Source: Planctomycetota bacterium (GTDB lineage Bacteria > Planctomycetota > UBA8742 > UBA2392). Taken from it: a stretch of 64,000 nt of DNA. Below the pieces are notes generated by a model. The model saw only the letters and a program-made list of their open reading frames with translations. It did not search any database and was not told the DNA's origin. Position numbers and translations under genes: made by a program. Each line of letters starts with the position of its first letter. The first letter of the stretch is position 1. The DNA is taken from assembly GCA_019186845.1 (NCBI GenBank), contig JABARW010000007.1, positions 1,386-65,385 of the forward strand, written 5' to 3'. Below, piece after piece: positions 9,540 to 17,862 of the stretch.

Positions 9540-9743
9540 ACATAGCCCTTTCTCACGCAAGATTGAGCGCGCAAGATTAGGGAGGAGGGCCGTCGGGTAG
9601 TCAAGCAATTTTATTGCTAGTCGCACTTTCAAAACTTTTGTATGTGTAAAAGTTGTAAACTATGCACCGAAATGCCCACTGGACTGCCGCGCCATCGGAG
9701 GACGCGGCAGCGCACTGAGTTCAGGTACGGGCAACGGAAGTAG

Positions 9744-9772
9744 AAATGAAAACCGGCGCCTTGCGGCGCCGG
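9744..9772 (-). terminator. intrinsic terminator downstream of the coiled-coil gene
   Basis: On the minus strand: ccggcgcc-gcaa-ggcgccgg hairpin followed by TTTTCATTT, directly after the stop of 9780..10994. Confidence 0.75.
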
Positions 9773-9836
9773 AGTGAGGTCAAGCTCCCGGTTTGGGCCC
9801 GCCACCTTTGAGTTTCTTGAGGGCATCCAGGCCCTT
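9744..9836. repeat. 93-bp direct repeat copy B (authentic 3' end plus terminator of the coiled-coil gene)
   Basis: See copy A. The stems are identical and the 4-nt hairpin loop is inverted (gcaa vs ttgc). Confidence 0.85.
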
Positions 9837-10994
9837 CTTGGCGGCAACGCCGGCGCCCTTGTCCACCTTGCGGTCCTTTTCCATGTTGCCGAGGTTGACC
9901 TCGACGTCGTCCATGCCCTTGAACGCGGCATTGACCATGACGTTGGAGACTTCGACAGCTTCGCTGGCGCTGACCTGCTTCTTCATGAGGCCGGCCGCCG
10001 CCAGCTCGCTGAACATCTTTTCCTGCATCTCGCGCATGGCCTGCATCATCTCGGGGCTCGCGGTGCCTCCGCCGCCGCCGCTGGCCTTGATGTCGGCCGC
10101 GGCCACCAGCTTGTCCTTGAGATCCTCACGCAAGCCGGCGATTTCGGCCTTCAGCGTGGAGACGATCTCTTCCTGGCCGTTCCTGCGGTCGAGGTGCGAC
10201 TGCATGTCCGACATCATCTGCCGCACGCTCTTGATGGCCGTGCCGCCCACTTCAGCCACCGCCAACTCGGCGCCGGCAGTGCCCACCAAAGCTTCACGCA
10301 GCTCGCCAAGCTTGTCGTTGATGTTCTCGTTCTGCTCAATGACGGCCTTTTCCGTGTTGCGCGAGATCTGAACCAGTTGCTTGAGCTGGGACGCCATTTC
10401 CTTGATGGCCGCCTGGGTGTCGTCATCCAGCTTGGCGGAAGCCGAAACCTGGGAGACCACACTGTTCTGGGCCGCCAGAGTTTCACGCAACTCAGAGAAA
10501 CGGTCGTTCAGGAACTCCTGCTGCTGTTCCAGCATGGCCTGGCGGGTCATTTGCTCGCTCTGGGCGCGCGCCGCCTGGTTCATCATGAAGGCCTTGAGCT
10601 CGGCAATCTCGTCCGAGACCTGGGAGGTGGCCACCACGGCCTGGCTTTCGTTGCGCTGCGTCAACTGCTCGCGCAGGGCCGCCAGTTCCTCCTGCAGCTT
10701 GTTCTGACCTTCCTGCTCTTTCTTCTGCTCGGCAAAGAGGCGCTTGAACTCCTCCATGGAGTCCTGAACGATCTGCTGCTTGTCTTCCTTGATGTGGGCG
10801 ATATCAACGCCCGACCCCTCCATCTTGCCGATGATGTTCGTGACCGCCTGGGAGATCAGTTCATTGATCTTCTTGGCGTTGATTACGTTGACCTTCTTGA
10901 GGCCGCGCTCTTTGAAGGCGTCAATGTCGATCTGACGCGTCTGATTCTTGATCAGGCTCGCGTAATCGACGGGATTTTGCGCAGTCTCAGCCAT
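9780..10994 (-). CDS. hypothetical coiled-coil protein
   Basis: 404 aa. No signal peptide or TM segment. Long heptad-like E/Q/K/L-rich stretches (QEELAALREQLTQRNESQ...). There is an internal GGGGG tract and a basic Gly/Pro C-terminal tail, KKLKGGGPKPGA. Confidence 0.7.
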   Translation of the reverse strand: MAETAQNPVDYASLIKNQTRQIDIDAFKERGLKKVNVINAKKINELISQAVTNIIGKMEGSGVDIAHIKEDKQQIVQDSMEEFKRLFAEQKKEQEGQNKLQEELAALREQLTQRNESQAVVATSQVSDEIAELKAFMMNQAARAQSEQMTRQAMLEQQQEFLNDRFSELRETLAAQNSVVSQVSASAKLDDDTQAAIKEMASQLKQLVQISRNTEKAVIEQNENINDKLGELREALVGTAGAELAVAEVGGTAIKSVRQMMSDMQSHLDRRNGQEEIVSTLKAEIAGLREDLKDKLVAAADIKASGGGGGTASPEMMQAMREMQEKMFSELAAAGLMKKQVSASEAVEVSNVMVNAAFKGMDDVEVNLGNMEKDRKVDKGAGVAAKKGLDALKKLKGGGPKPGA

Positions 10995-11246
10995 AGTTCA
11001 CGCTGGAAGGGCCACCGCTAAGGTGCACGCACCGGACGCGGCGAAATGGTTTTGGACTGTTCGGTGAAGTAAACCACCCCAAGCCGCTCCCGACAAGCCA
11101 ATTCATGACCCGGAGCTGCGGCCGGCTCCAGCTATCGTTTTTACTGTCATGGCTTTGCAACAAGCTGCCCTTTGGGGCATGCTGAGACTTCAAGGGCATT
11201 TATCGGCCACCCTTCAACTGTCACTGAAGCATTATCGGACTTTGCC

Positions 11247-11549
11247 ATGAAACGACCCGCGAGGGCGACACCCTCCGAAATCCAGAGCGCCTTGACCGCT
11301 TTGCCCCACTGGGAGCTCCGCAGCGCTTCCATTTTCCGCCGGTTCAAGTTTTCCGACTTCAGGCAGGCCTTCGCCTTCATGACCTCTGTCGCCCTGGCCG
11401 CCGAGAAGCTCGACCATCACCCCGACTGGCGCAACGTCTACAACACCGTGGAAATCGAGTTGATGACCCATGACGCCCAGGGCCTGACAAGGCTGGACTT
11501 CGAACTGGCGCGCCTGATCGAGGCTGCGGCTTGCGCAGTTCCTGAGTAA
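11247..11549 (+). CDS. phhB: 4a-hydroxytetrahydrobiopterin (pterin-4a-carbinolamine) dehydratase
   Basis: LTALPHWEL...[44 protein letters not shown] is the PCD/DCoH signature. Start taken at the internal ATG at 11247 ([13 protein letters not shown]). The ORF extends to 11172. Confidence 0.85.
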   Translation: MKRPARATPSEIQSALTALPHWELRSASIFRRFKFSDFRQAFAFMTSVALAAEKLDHHPDWRNVYNTVEIELMTHDAQGLTRLDFELARLIEAAACAVPE

Positions 11550-11602
11550 CGCGCCAGGGGCTTGGGCGGTAGAGGCATTGAAGACCGACGGGGGGCCAAA
11601 GA

Positions 11603-12160
11603 GTGTCGGGTGAGGACGCAGGCGAAGCGCTGTCGCGGCTGGCGGTGCTCCATCACGGGGCGCTGTACGGCTATTGCCGCCGGCGCCTGGGCCGCGACGC
11701 CGACGCCAACGACGCCCTTCAGGAGACCTTCTTGCGCGCCCACAAATATTGGGGAAGCCTGGACCAGAGCCGCGACGCCCGCAAGTGGCTCTTCGGCATC
11801 GCCCATAACGTGTGCGTGGAGGTAGCCCGCAGCCGCGCCCGCCACGTGACGCTCGAGGAGCTGCCCGAAGGTGGCGAGGCCCCCAGTGCGACGAGCGAGG
11901 CCCTGGAGCGCATCGCCCACGAAGAACGCATGGTCCACATCCGGCGCGAGCTGGAACGGATGCCGGACAAGGCGCGCCGCATTCTGGAGCTGCGTTTCTT
12001 TGGACAGATGGACAGCAAGGACATTGCCGCGCTGGAGGGAATGACGGAGACCTCCGTGCGCGTCACGGTGCACCGCGCCCTGGAATCCCTGCGCGAGAAG
12101 CTGGGCCGCAAGCTGGGCCAGGAGCCGGACGAAGCAACAGGAAGCACGAGGCAAACATGA
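11603..12160 (+). CDS. ECF-type RNA polymerase sigma-70 family factor
   Basis: 185 aa. Region 2 is LQETFLRAHKYWGSLDQSRDARKWLFGIAHNVC. Region 4 is ILELRFFGQMDSKDIAALEGMTETSVRVTVHRALESLR. The putative start is a GTG, so it is uncertain. Confidence 0.85.
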   Translation: MSGEDAGEALSRLAVLHHGALYGYCRRRLGRDADANDALQETFLRAHKYWGSLDQSRDARKWLFGIAHNVCVEVARSRARHVTLEELPEGGEAPSATSEALERIAHEERMVHIRRELERMPDKARRILELRFFGQMDSKDIAALEGMTETSVRVTVHRALESLREKLGRKLGQEPDEATGSTRQT

Positions 12161-13623
12161 ACCATCCGCAACCCCATGACATCACAGCCCTGGCCTATGG
12201 CCTGGTGCCCAGCCCCGAGCGCGAATCGCTGCTGGAGCATGTGCACTTCTGCGCCCCCTGCCGCGAAGCCTATGACCTGGCGTTGGCCGAGCAGGTCGAG
12301 GTGCGCGAGGTGCTGCTTGGGGAAACGCGCAGCGGCGATGCGGAGTCCCGCGCGCTCGACGCCGTCTTGCAGCAGCTCAAGAAGGTCGGCCAGGTTCAGA
12401 GGCCGGGGAGGCTGTTTTCGCTGCGGCCCGCCGCATGGGCCCTTCAGGCTGCCGCGGCCCTGCTGCTGGCGGCGGGTGTCTACTATGTGGCAGTCGCTCT
12501 GCCCGGCGGCGAGACTCCGCCCACGACAGTGGCCGGCGGAGAGTCCGCGGGGGGCGGCAGCGTGAAGAGCCCCGATGCGGCCTCCCTGCCCGGGCTGGAA
12601 GCCGGCGGCCGCGTCACGGACGGCAGCGTGATGGTGGCCATGGACCCCGAGGCCAACCCGGAAACTGCCCGCTGGACGCGCTCGAAGGTGATTCCGGCCA
12701 ACGTGTGGGTGCATAGTTCCGGCTCGGAACCGGTGGCCTGCGAACTGGACAACGCGCGGCTGTCGTTCGTTCCCGACTCCATGTTCAAGCTGGTGCCCGA
12801 TTCCGGCACGCCGGGCCAGTACGCCATCTTTGTGCTGCGCGGCGATGCCAACTTCGCGGTGAAGGATCCGCGGCGCAGCCTCACCGTGCAGACCGGCACC
12901 GGCGACATTCTGGCCACGCCGGGCTCGACCTTTGACCTCGAGTGCGACCCCGCCTTCGTGTTCGCCAATTACCGGCAGCGCGGCAAAGACCTTCCCAGTC
13001 CGCAGAAGGGTCGCGCCCTGGTACGCACCCACGTGCAGCGCGGCGACGTGCTGTTCATGCCCTACGGTGAAAGCTGGGAACGGCCGGAAGCCAGCCGGGT
13101 GGCTTCAGGCCAGACTCTTGAGGTGCAGACAGTGGTGCTGGACCGCATGCAACGCCTGCGCGCCCAGGGCGGGTCTTCGGAGCTGGAGGAAGTCATGAAC
13201 CTGGTTGAGCGACTGCTGCCGGGCGAGCGAAGGAAGTTCGAGGATGAGCTCGAGCGCATGCGCAAGCAGCTTGACACGGCCCAGAAGATCATCGAGCTGA
13301 CCGAGAATGTAGTACTCAAGATCAGCGTCAACGGGCGCGAGTACGAACACTCCAACGGGGTCATGCAGATCATCGAGGGCGCGACCCGCGTTACGCTTCG
13401 TGTCACGACGGCTGAAGTGCTGGGTGAAGCGGAGCTGGACGGCAAGAAGGTCGAGCTGCGCGCCGCCAACTTCGAAGAACTGGCCCGCCAGCACCCGCAG
13501 CTCAAGGAAATGCTGGAAACGCTTTCGCTCAAGGAAGTTCCCGGCGGCCGCCGCATTTCCCTGCGCAGAATAGCCGTGCAGCAGGAGTCGCGGCAGGAAA
13601 CCAGCCCTCAGCAGCAACGCTAG
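12157..13623 (+). CDS. anti-sigma factor (zf-HC2 N-terminus, one TM, FecR-like and coiled-coil extracytoplasmic part)
   Basis: The ATG at 12157 overlaps the sigma gene stop (ATGA). HVHFCAPCREAYDLAL is a zf-HC2 motif. TM segment AAWALQAAAALLLAAGVYYVAVAL. The part of ORF 11812..13623 upstream of 12157 overlaps the sigma gene and is rejected. Confidence 0.75.
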   Translation: MNHPQPHDITALAYGLVPSPERESLLEHVHFCAPCREAYDLALAEQVEVREVLLGETRSGDAESRALDAVLQQLKKVGQVQRPGRLFSLRPAAWALQAAAALLLAAGVYYVAVALPGGETPPTTVAGGESAGGGSVKSPDAASLPGLEAGGRVTDGSVMVAMDPEANPETARWTRSKVIPANVWVHSSGSEPVACELDNARLSFVPDSMFKLVPDSGTPGQYAIFVLRGDANFAVKDPRRSLTVQTGTGDILATPGSTFDLECDPAFVFANYRQRGKDLPSPQKGRALVRTHVQRGDVLFMPYGESWERPEASRVASGQTLEVQTVVLDRMQRLRAQGGSSELEEVMNLVERLLPGERRKFEDELERMRKQLDTAQKIIELTENVVLKISVNGREYEHSNGVMQIIEGATRVTLRVTTAEVLGEAELDGKKVELRAANFEELARQHPQLKEMLETLSLKEVPGGRRISLRRIAVQQESRQETSPQQQR

Positions 13624-15704
13624 CTTGGTCGCACCGGCGCGCTGCGCTTGCTGCCGCGCCGGTCAGCCTCCACCTGCTGGGCGGCGTCGGCGGCCTTGCC
13701 GCGCGTGACGGCGGCGAAACTGCGCATGGCGCCCGCGCTGGTGCCCTCGGGGCGCGGCACCTCACCGTTGCCGGCGGGCTGATCCTTGGGAGTGTCCGCC
13801 AGGGCCGAATACTGCAGCTGGTAAAGCCGGTGGTAGATGCCGCGCAGGGCCAGCAACTGCTGGTGGTTGCCCTGTTCAGCGAGCTTGCCCTTGTGCATGA
13901 CGAGGATCTTGTCCGCTCGCTGGATGGTGCTCAGGCGATGCGCGATGATGACACTGGTGCGGCCGCGGGTGAGCTTGACCATGGCGGCCTGGATCATCTC
14001 TTCGGTGTGGGTGTCGATGCTGCTGGTGGCTTCGTCGAGAATCAGGATGCTGGGGTTGAACACGAGGGCGCGCGCGAAGCTGAGCAACTGGCGCTCGCCC
14101 GCTGAAAAAGTCTTGCCGCCTTCTTCAACCTTGGCGTCGTAGCCGCCGGGCAGCTTCTCGATGAACCTGTGCGCGCCCACGTACTCGCAGGCCGCCTTCA
14201 CCTGCTCGAGCGTGATGGACTCTTCACCCAGCCGGATGTTGTCAAAGATGGTTCCCGCGAACAGGAACACGTCCTGGTGCACGACGGCGATGTTCCGCCT
14301 CAGTCCCTGCAACGTGTAGTCGCGCACGTCGCGGCCGTCCACGAGCACGCGGCCGCCGTTGACGTCATAGAAGCGGCAGACGAGATTGATGATCGTGGTC
14401 TTGCCCGCGCCGGTGTGACCGACGATGGCCACGCTCTGGCCGGGCTTGACCTCAAAACTCACGCCCCGCAACACGGGCTCCTGGGGCTTGTAGCTGAAGT
14501 GTACGTCGTCGAAGGTCAATGAACCTGAGAAGCGGCCGGGAGTCTGGGCTGCCTCACGGTCGACGATTTCGCGCTTTTCATCGAGGATCGTGAAAATGCG
14601 CTCGCCGCTTGTCATGGCGCCGACGATGACATCGATTTTTTCCGTCAGGTCGCGGATGGGATTGAAGAACAGTTCCGCGTACTGCAGGTAGCTGACGAGC
14701 ACGCCCACGGAAATGGCCCCCACCGCCGTCAGTTCCGCCGCCGTGCTCAGGCCCTGGCCACGGAACACCGCGCTGCCGCAGAACCAGAGCACCAGGCCGA
14801 TACCGCAGGCCGAAAGCGTCGTCGCCGCGGGCCGGAAGTAAGCCCAGGCCTTGCGCTGCACGAGGAAGTGGTGCCTGAAATCGCTGCCGATGCGGTCGTA
14901 GGCTTCGTCGTTGCGCTTCTCCTTGTGAAAGAGCTGCACGACGCGCACGCCGCTCATACTCTCGGCCATGAACGCATTGAGACGGCTCTGCGCGGCGTAC
15001 CACTTGCGATAGGCCACGCGCGAGTATTTGCGGAAGATCAGCGCGGCCAGCACCATGAAGGGGATCACGCTCAATACGATGGCCGCCAGCGTGACATCAA
15101 GGATGAACAGCATGATCACGATGCCCGTGAGCATGAAGAGGTCCTTGAGCACCGTGACCAGGGCTACGCTGAACATCTTCTCCAGGGAGCCCACGTCGTT
15201 GGTGGTGCGGTTGACCAGCCGGCCCACGGGGTTGCGGTGGAAGAAGTTCAGGGACAGCGAGTGCATGTGGCTGAAGAGCTCCATGCGGATGTCATAGAGG
15301 ATCTTCTGGCCCAGGTTGTTGAGCAGGTAGCCGTTGCCCCAGTCAATGAAGAAGGTCCCCACCCGCAAGGACAGAAACAGCACACCAAAGATGGCGAGCT
15401 TGTCCGCCGCCTCCAGCCGGCGGATTTCAAGGGCGGACCAGGGCGTGAACAGGCTCACGGCGCCGGCGACAATATCGCCGGGCCAGCTCTGGCCGGTGTT
15501 GAACACGATGTCCACCAGCGCCCCGACCAGCAGCGGCGGCATGACAGCCAGAAACGAACTGACCATGACCAGCAGGGTGCCCGTCAGCACCATGGGCCAG
15601 TAGCGACGGGCGTAGAGGAGCATCCGGCGCAGCAGCACCGGGTCCCACGTCTTGGTCTTTATCCTCTCTTCGAGGAGATCATCCTCGAACTGGTCGTCGC
15701 TCAT
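13620..15704 (-). CDS. ABC exporter subunit (TMD-NBD), canonical Walker B, degenerate signature
   Basis: 694 aa. Six predicted TM helices, then Walker A GHTGAGKTT, signature FSAGERQ (instead of LSGGQ), Walker B ILILDEATSSID, and H-loop IIAHRLS. Confidence 0.85.
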   Translation of the reverse strand: MSDDQFEDDLLEERIKTKTWDPVLLRRMLLYARRYWPMVLTGTLLVMVSSFLAVMPPLLVGALVDIVFNTGQSWPGDIVAGAVSLFTPWSALEIRRLEAADKLAIFGVLFLSLRVGTFFIDWGNGYLLNNLGQKILYDIRMELFSHMHSLSLNFFHRNPVGRLVNRTTNDVGSLEKMFSVALVTVLKDLFMLTGIVIMLFILDVTLAAIVLSVIPFMVLAALIFRKYSRVAYRKWYAAQSRLNAFMAESMSGVRVVQLFHKEKRNDEAYDRIGSDFRHHFLVQRKAWAYFRPAATTLSACGIGLVLWFCGSAVFRGQGLSTAAELTAVGAISVGVLVSYLQYAELFFNPIRDLTEKIDVIVGAMTSGERIFTILDEKREIVDREAAQTPGRFSGSLTFDDVHFSYKPQEPVLRGVSFEVKPGQSVAIVGHTGAGKTTIINLVCRFYDVNGGRVLVDGRDVRDYTLQGLRRNIAVVHQDVFLFAGTIFDNIRLGEESITLEQVKAACEYVGAHRFIEKLPGGYDAKVEEGGKTFSAGERQLLSFARALVFNPSILILDEATSSIDTHTEEMIQAAMVKLTRGRTSVIIAHRLSTIQRADKILVMHKGKLAEQGNHQQLLALRGIYHRLYQLQYSALADTPKDQPAGNGEVPRPEGTSAGAMRSFAAVTRGKAADAAQQVEADRRGSKRSAPVRPS

Positions 15705-17539
15705 GCGTTACTCAACTCCGCTTCCAACTGCTGCTTCTTGTGCAAGTCCGCGTAATAGCCGCCCCGGGCCAGCAGTTCTTCGTGCGTGCCGCGCTCCGTG
15801 ACCCGGCCTTCGCCCAGCACGATGATCTCGTCGGCGTGCTCGACCGTGCTGACGCGATGGCTGACAATCAGAGTCGTGCACTCCTTCATGACTTCCTTCA
15901 GGCCGCGCAGAATGGCCTCTTCCGTCTGGGTGTCCACAGCGCTGAGGCAGTCATCCAGCAGCAGGATGGCCGGCCTGCGCGCCACGGCGCGCGCAATGGC
16001 CACGCGCTGCTTCTGGCCGCCGGACAAGTTGACGCCCTTCTCGCCCAGCATGGTCTCGTACTGCCGGGGAAAGGCGAGAATGTCCGGCTCCACCTGAGCC
16101 AGCCGCGCGCATTGCTTGAGCCACTCCAAGTCGGGCTTGGCGCCGTGGACCCCCAGCCCCAGGTTCTGCAGGATGGTCTCACTGAACAGAAAGGTCTCCT
16201 GGGGCACCACTCCGATCTGCGTGCGCAGCACCTCCAGGGGAATCTCGCGCACGTCAATGCCGTCAATGAACAGGGCGCCCGGCGGCGGGTCATACAGCCG
16301 CGTGATCAGGTTCAGCAGCGTGCTCTTGCCGCTGCCCACCGCGCCCACGATGGCCAGAGTGCGCCCGGCCTTGACGCTGAGCGAAACATCGCTCAAGGCG
16401 GCCGGGCCGTTGTCGAAGAACCTGAAGGTGAGCCCCCGGGCCTCGATGTCTCCCCTCAGCCTGGTGACGTTGGCCGGGCGCGCCGCATCAACGATTTCCG
16501 CCGGGGTATTCAACACTTCCTCAATGCGCTTCATGCTGACGTTGGCACGCTGGTACAGCGTCACGACCCAGCCCATGCCCACCATGGGGCCGGACAGCTT
16601 GATCAGGTACATGAAGAATGCCGAGAACTGGCCCACGCTCAGCTCGCCCGAGATCACCAGATAACCGCCGTAGATGACCATCGCGAGGTCGGCCAGTGCC
16701 AGGAGCAGCACCAGCAGCGGCTGCTCCAGTGAGTCCAGGGCCGCCAGCTTCAGCGCACGCCGCTGATACTCACGGGCCAGCTTGCCGAAGGTTCTCACCT
16801 CGCTGGCTTCCTGCGCGAACGACTTGATGACCTTGGCCCCGGCGTAACTCTCTCGCGCGCGTTCGGCCAGCAGGTCGTACTGCTTCTGCAACTCGTCGTA
16901 GCGCTTCTCGACGCGGCTGGTCAGCAGCCAGACAATCAGGGGAATCAGGGGCAGGGTGCAGAGGCTGGCCAGCAGCAGCTTCCAGGAGATCATGCCCATG
17001 TAGAGGGGCACCATCGTGAAATAGAAGGCTGTATCGATGCCGATCAGCACGCCAACCCAGAAGAATTCGCGACAGGCGTTCATGTCGCTGGTGGCGAGCG
17101 TCATCATCTCGCCGATCTTGCTCTTGTCGTGGTACTTGGCAGGCAGCCGCTGGACGTGGCTGAAGAACCGCCCGCGCAGGTCGTGGGTCAGGTTCACCGC
17201 ACCGTGACTGTACTGCATGCTCATGTGGTAGCGGAAAATGCCCGTCACGGCGACCGTGATGACGAAGAACAGGCCGTAGAACCACATGCCGCCCATGAAG
17301 CTGTCGGGGCCAAACCAGCCCTCCGGCAGCATGGAGGTCAGGGGGCTGTCCACCACCTTGCCCACCGACTGCCCGCCCTGCCCCTGGGTAACGAACACGA
17401 GATGGTCAACGGCCCACATCACGATCTTGGGCGCGAAGGTATCCAGGGCGTCCACGATCAAGAGTGTGAGCGTGCCCCACAGGTAAGGCCGCCAGTAGGG
17501 CTTGACATATCGGAGCAGATGGAACAAATCGCGAAGCAT
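15701..17539 (-). CDS. ABC exporter subunit (TMD-NBD), Walker B Glu replaced by Asp
   Basis: Walker A GAVGSGKST, signature LSGGQKQRV, Walker B ILLLDDCLSAVD. It overlaps the downstream subunit by 4 bp. Start chosen at MLRDLFHLLRYVKPYW (ATG at 17539). The ORF extends to 17746. Confidence 0.85.
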   Translation of the reverse strand: MLRDLFHLLRYVKPYWRPYLWGTLTLLIVDALDTFAPKIVMWAVDHLVFVTQGQGGQSVGKVVDSPLTSMLPEGWFGPDSFMGGMWFYGLFFVITVAVTGIFRYHMSMQYSHGAVNLTHDLRGRFFSHVQRLPAKYHDKSKIGEMMTLATSDMNACREFFWVGVLIGIDTAFYFTMVPLYMGMISWKLLLASLCTLPLIPLIVWLLTSRVEKRYDELQKQYDLLAERARESYAGAKVIKSFAQEASEVRTFGKLAREYQRRALKLAALDSLEQPLLVLLLALADLAMVIYGGYLVISGELSVGQFSAFFMYLIKLSGPMVGMGWVVTLYQRANVSMKRIEEVLNTPAEIVDAARPANVTRLRGDIEARGLTFRFFDNGPAALSDVSLSVKAGRTLAIVGAVGSGKSTLLNLITRLYDPPPGALFIDGIDVREIPLEVLRTQIGVVPQETFLFSETILQNLGLGVHGAKPDLEWLKQCARLAQVEPDILAFPRQYETMLGEKGVNLSGGQKQRVAIARAVARRPAILLLDDCLSAVDTQTEEAILRGLKEVMKECTTLIVSHRVSTVEHADEIIVLGEGRVTERGTHEELLARGGYYADLHKKQQLEAELSNA

Positions 17540-17862
17540 AGGGCTGGCGCCCGGGGCGCCCGTTGAATCGTTGGCAATCAGAGTCGACTGATACGTATGA
17601 AGCGGCGCGAAGCGGAGTATCAGCGCCGGAAACCCGACGGAAACTGCGCGTGGAGAACGCCGCGAACCGTCTTGAGCATGGCTTTCTCCTTTCCGTCGGC
17701 CGCGCAGAATTGCGTCGGCAAGACGCTGCAACCTAGTCAGCGGCAATGGCCTGTCAACACCTCGCCACCGCGGCCCTTCCCTCGCGCGGCACTTTCTGGC
17801 GCTGAAGGCAACCCCGCCCTGTTACAATCCGGGGCCTTTTACGCGGGCCGCGGAGATACCTT

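Noticed and set aside
9540-9743. AT-rich spacer with the palindrome AGCAAT-ttt-ATTGCT (9604..9618) and the inverted repeat AACTTTT...AAAAGTT (9633..9654), upstream of the disrupted gene.
   Set aside because: This is probably promoter or operator DNA of the acquired cassette. With the downstream gene apparently inactivated and no regulator identified, I could not support a specific regulatory call.
6939-9836. Possibility that the 93-bp direct repeats are ends of an insertion sequence or transposon.
   Set aside because: The repeats are direct, not inverted. They correspond to a gene 3' end plus terminator. No transposase, integrase or recombinase motif is present in any frame between them. I therefore reported them as a duplication/insertion scar rather than a mobile element.
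11812-12156. N-terminal extension of the 603-aa ORF 11812..13623.
   Set aside because: It overlaps the ECF sigma gene in another frame and reads as Arg/Gly/Pro filler. The zf-HC2 anti-sigma motif begins right after the ATG at 12157, which overlaps the sigma stop (ATGA coupling).
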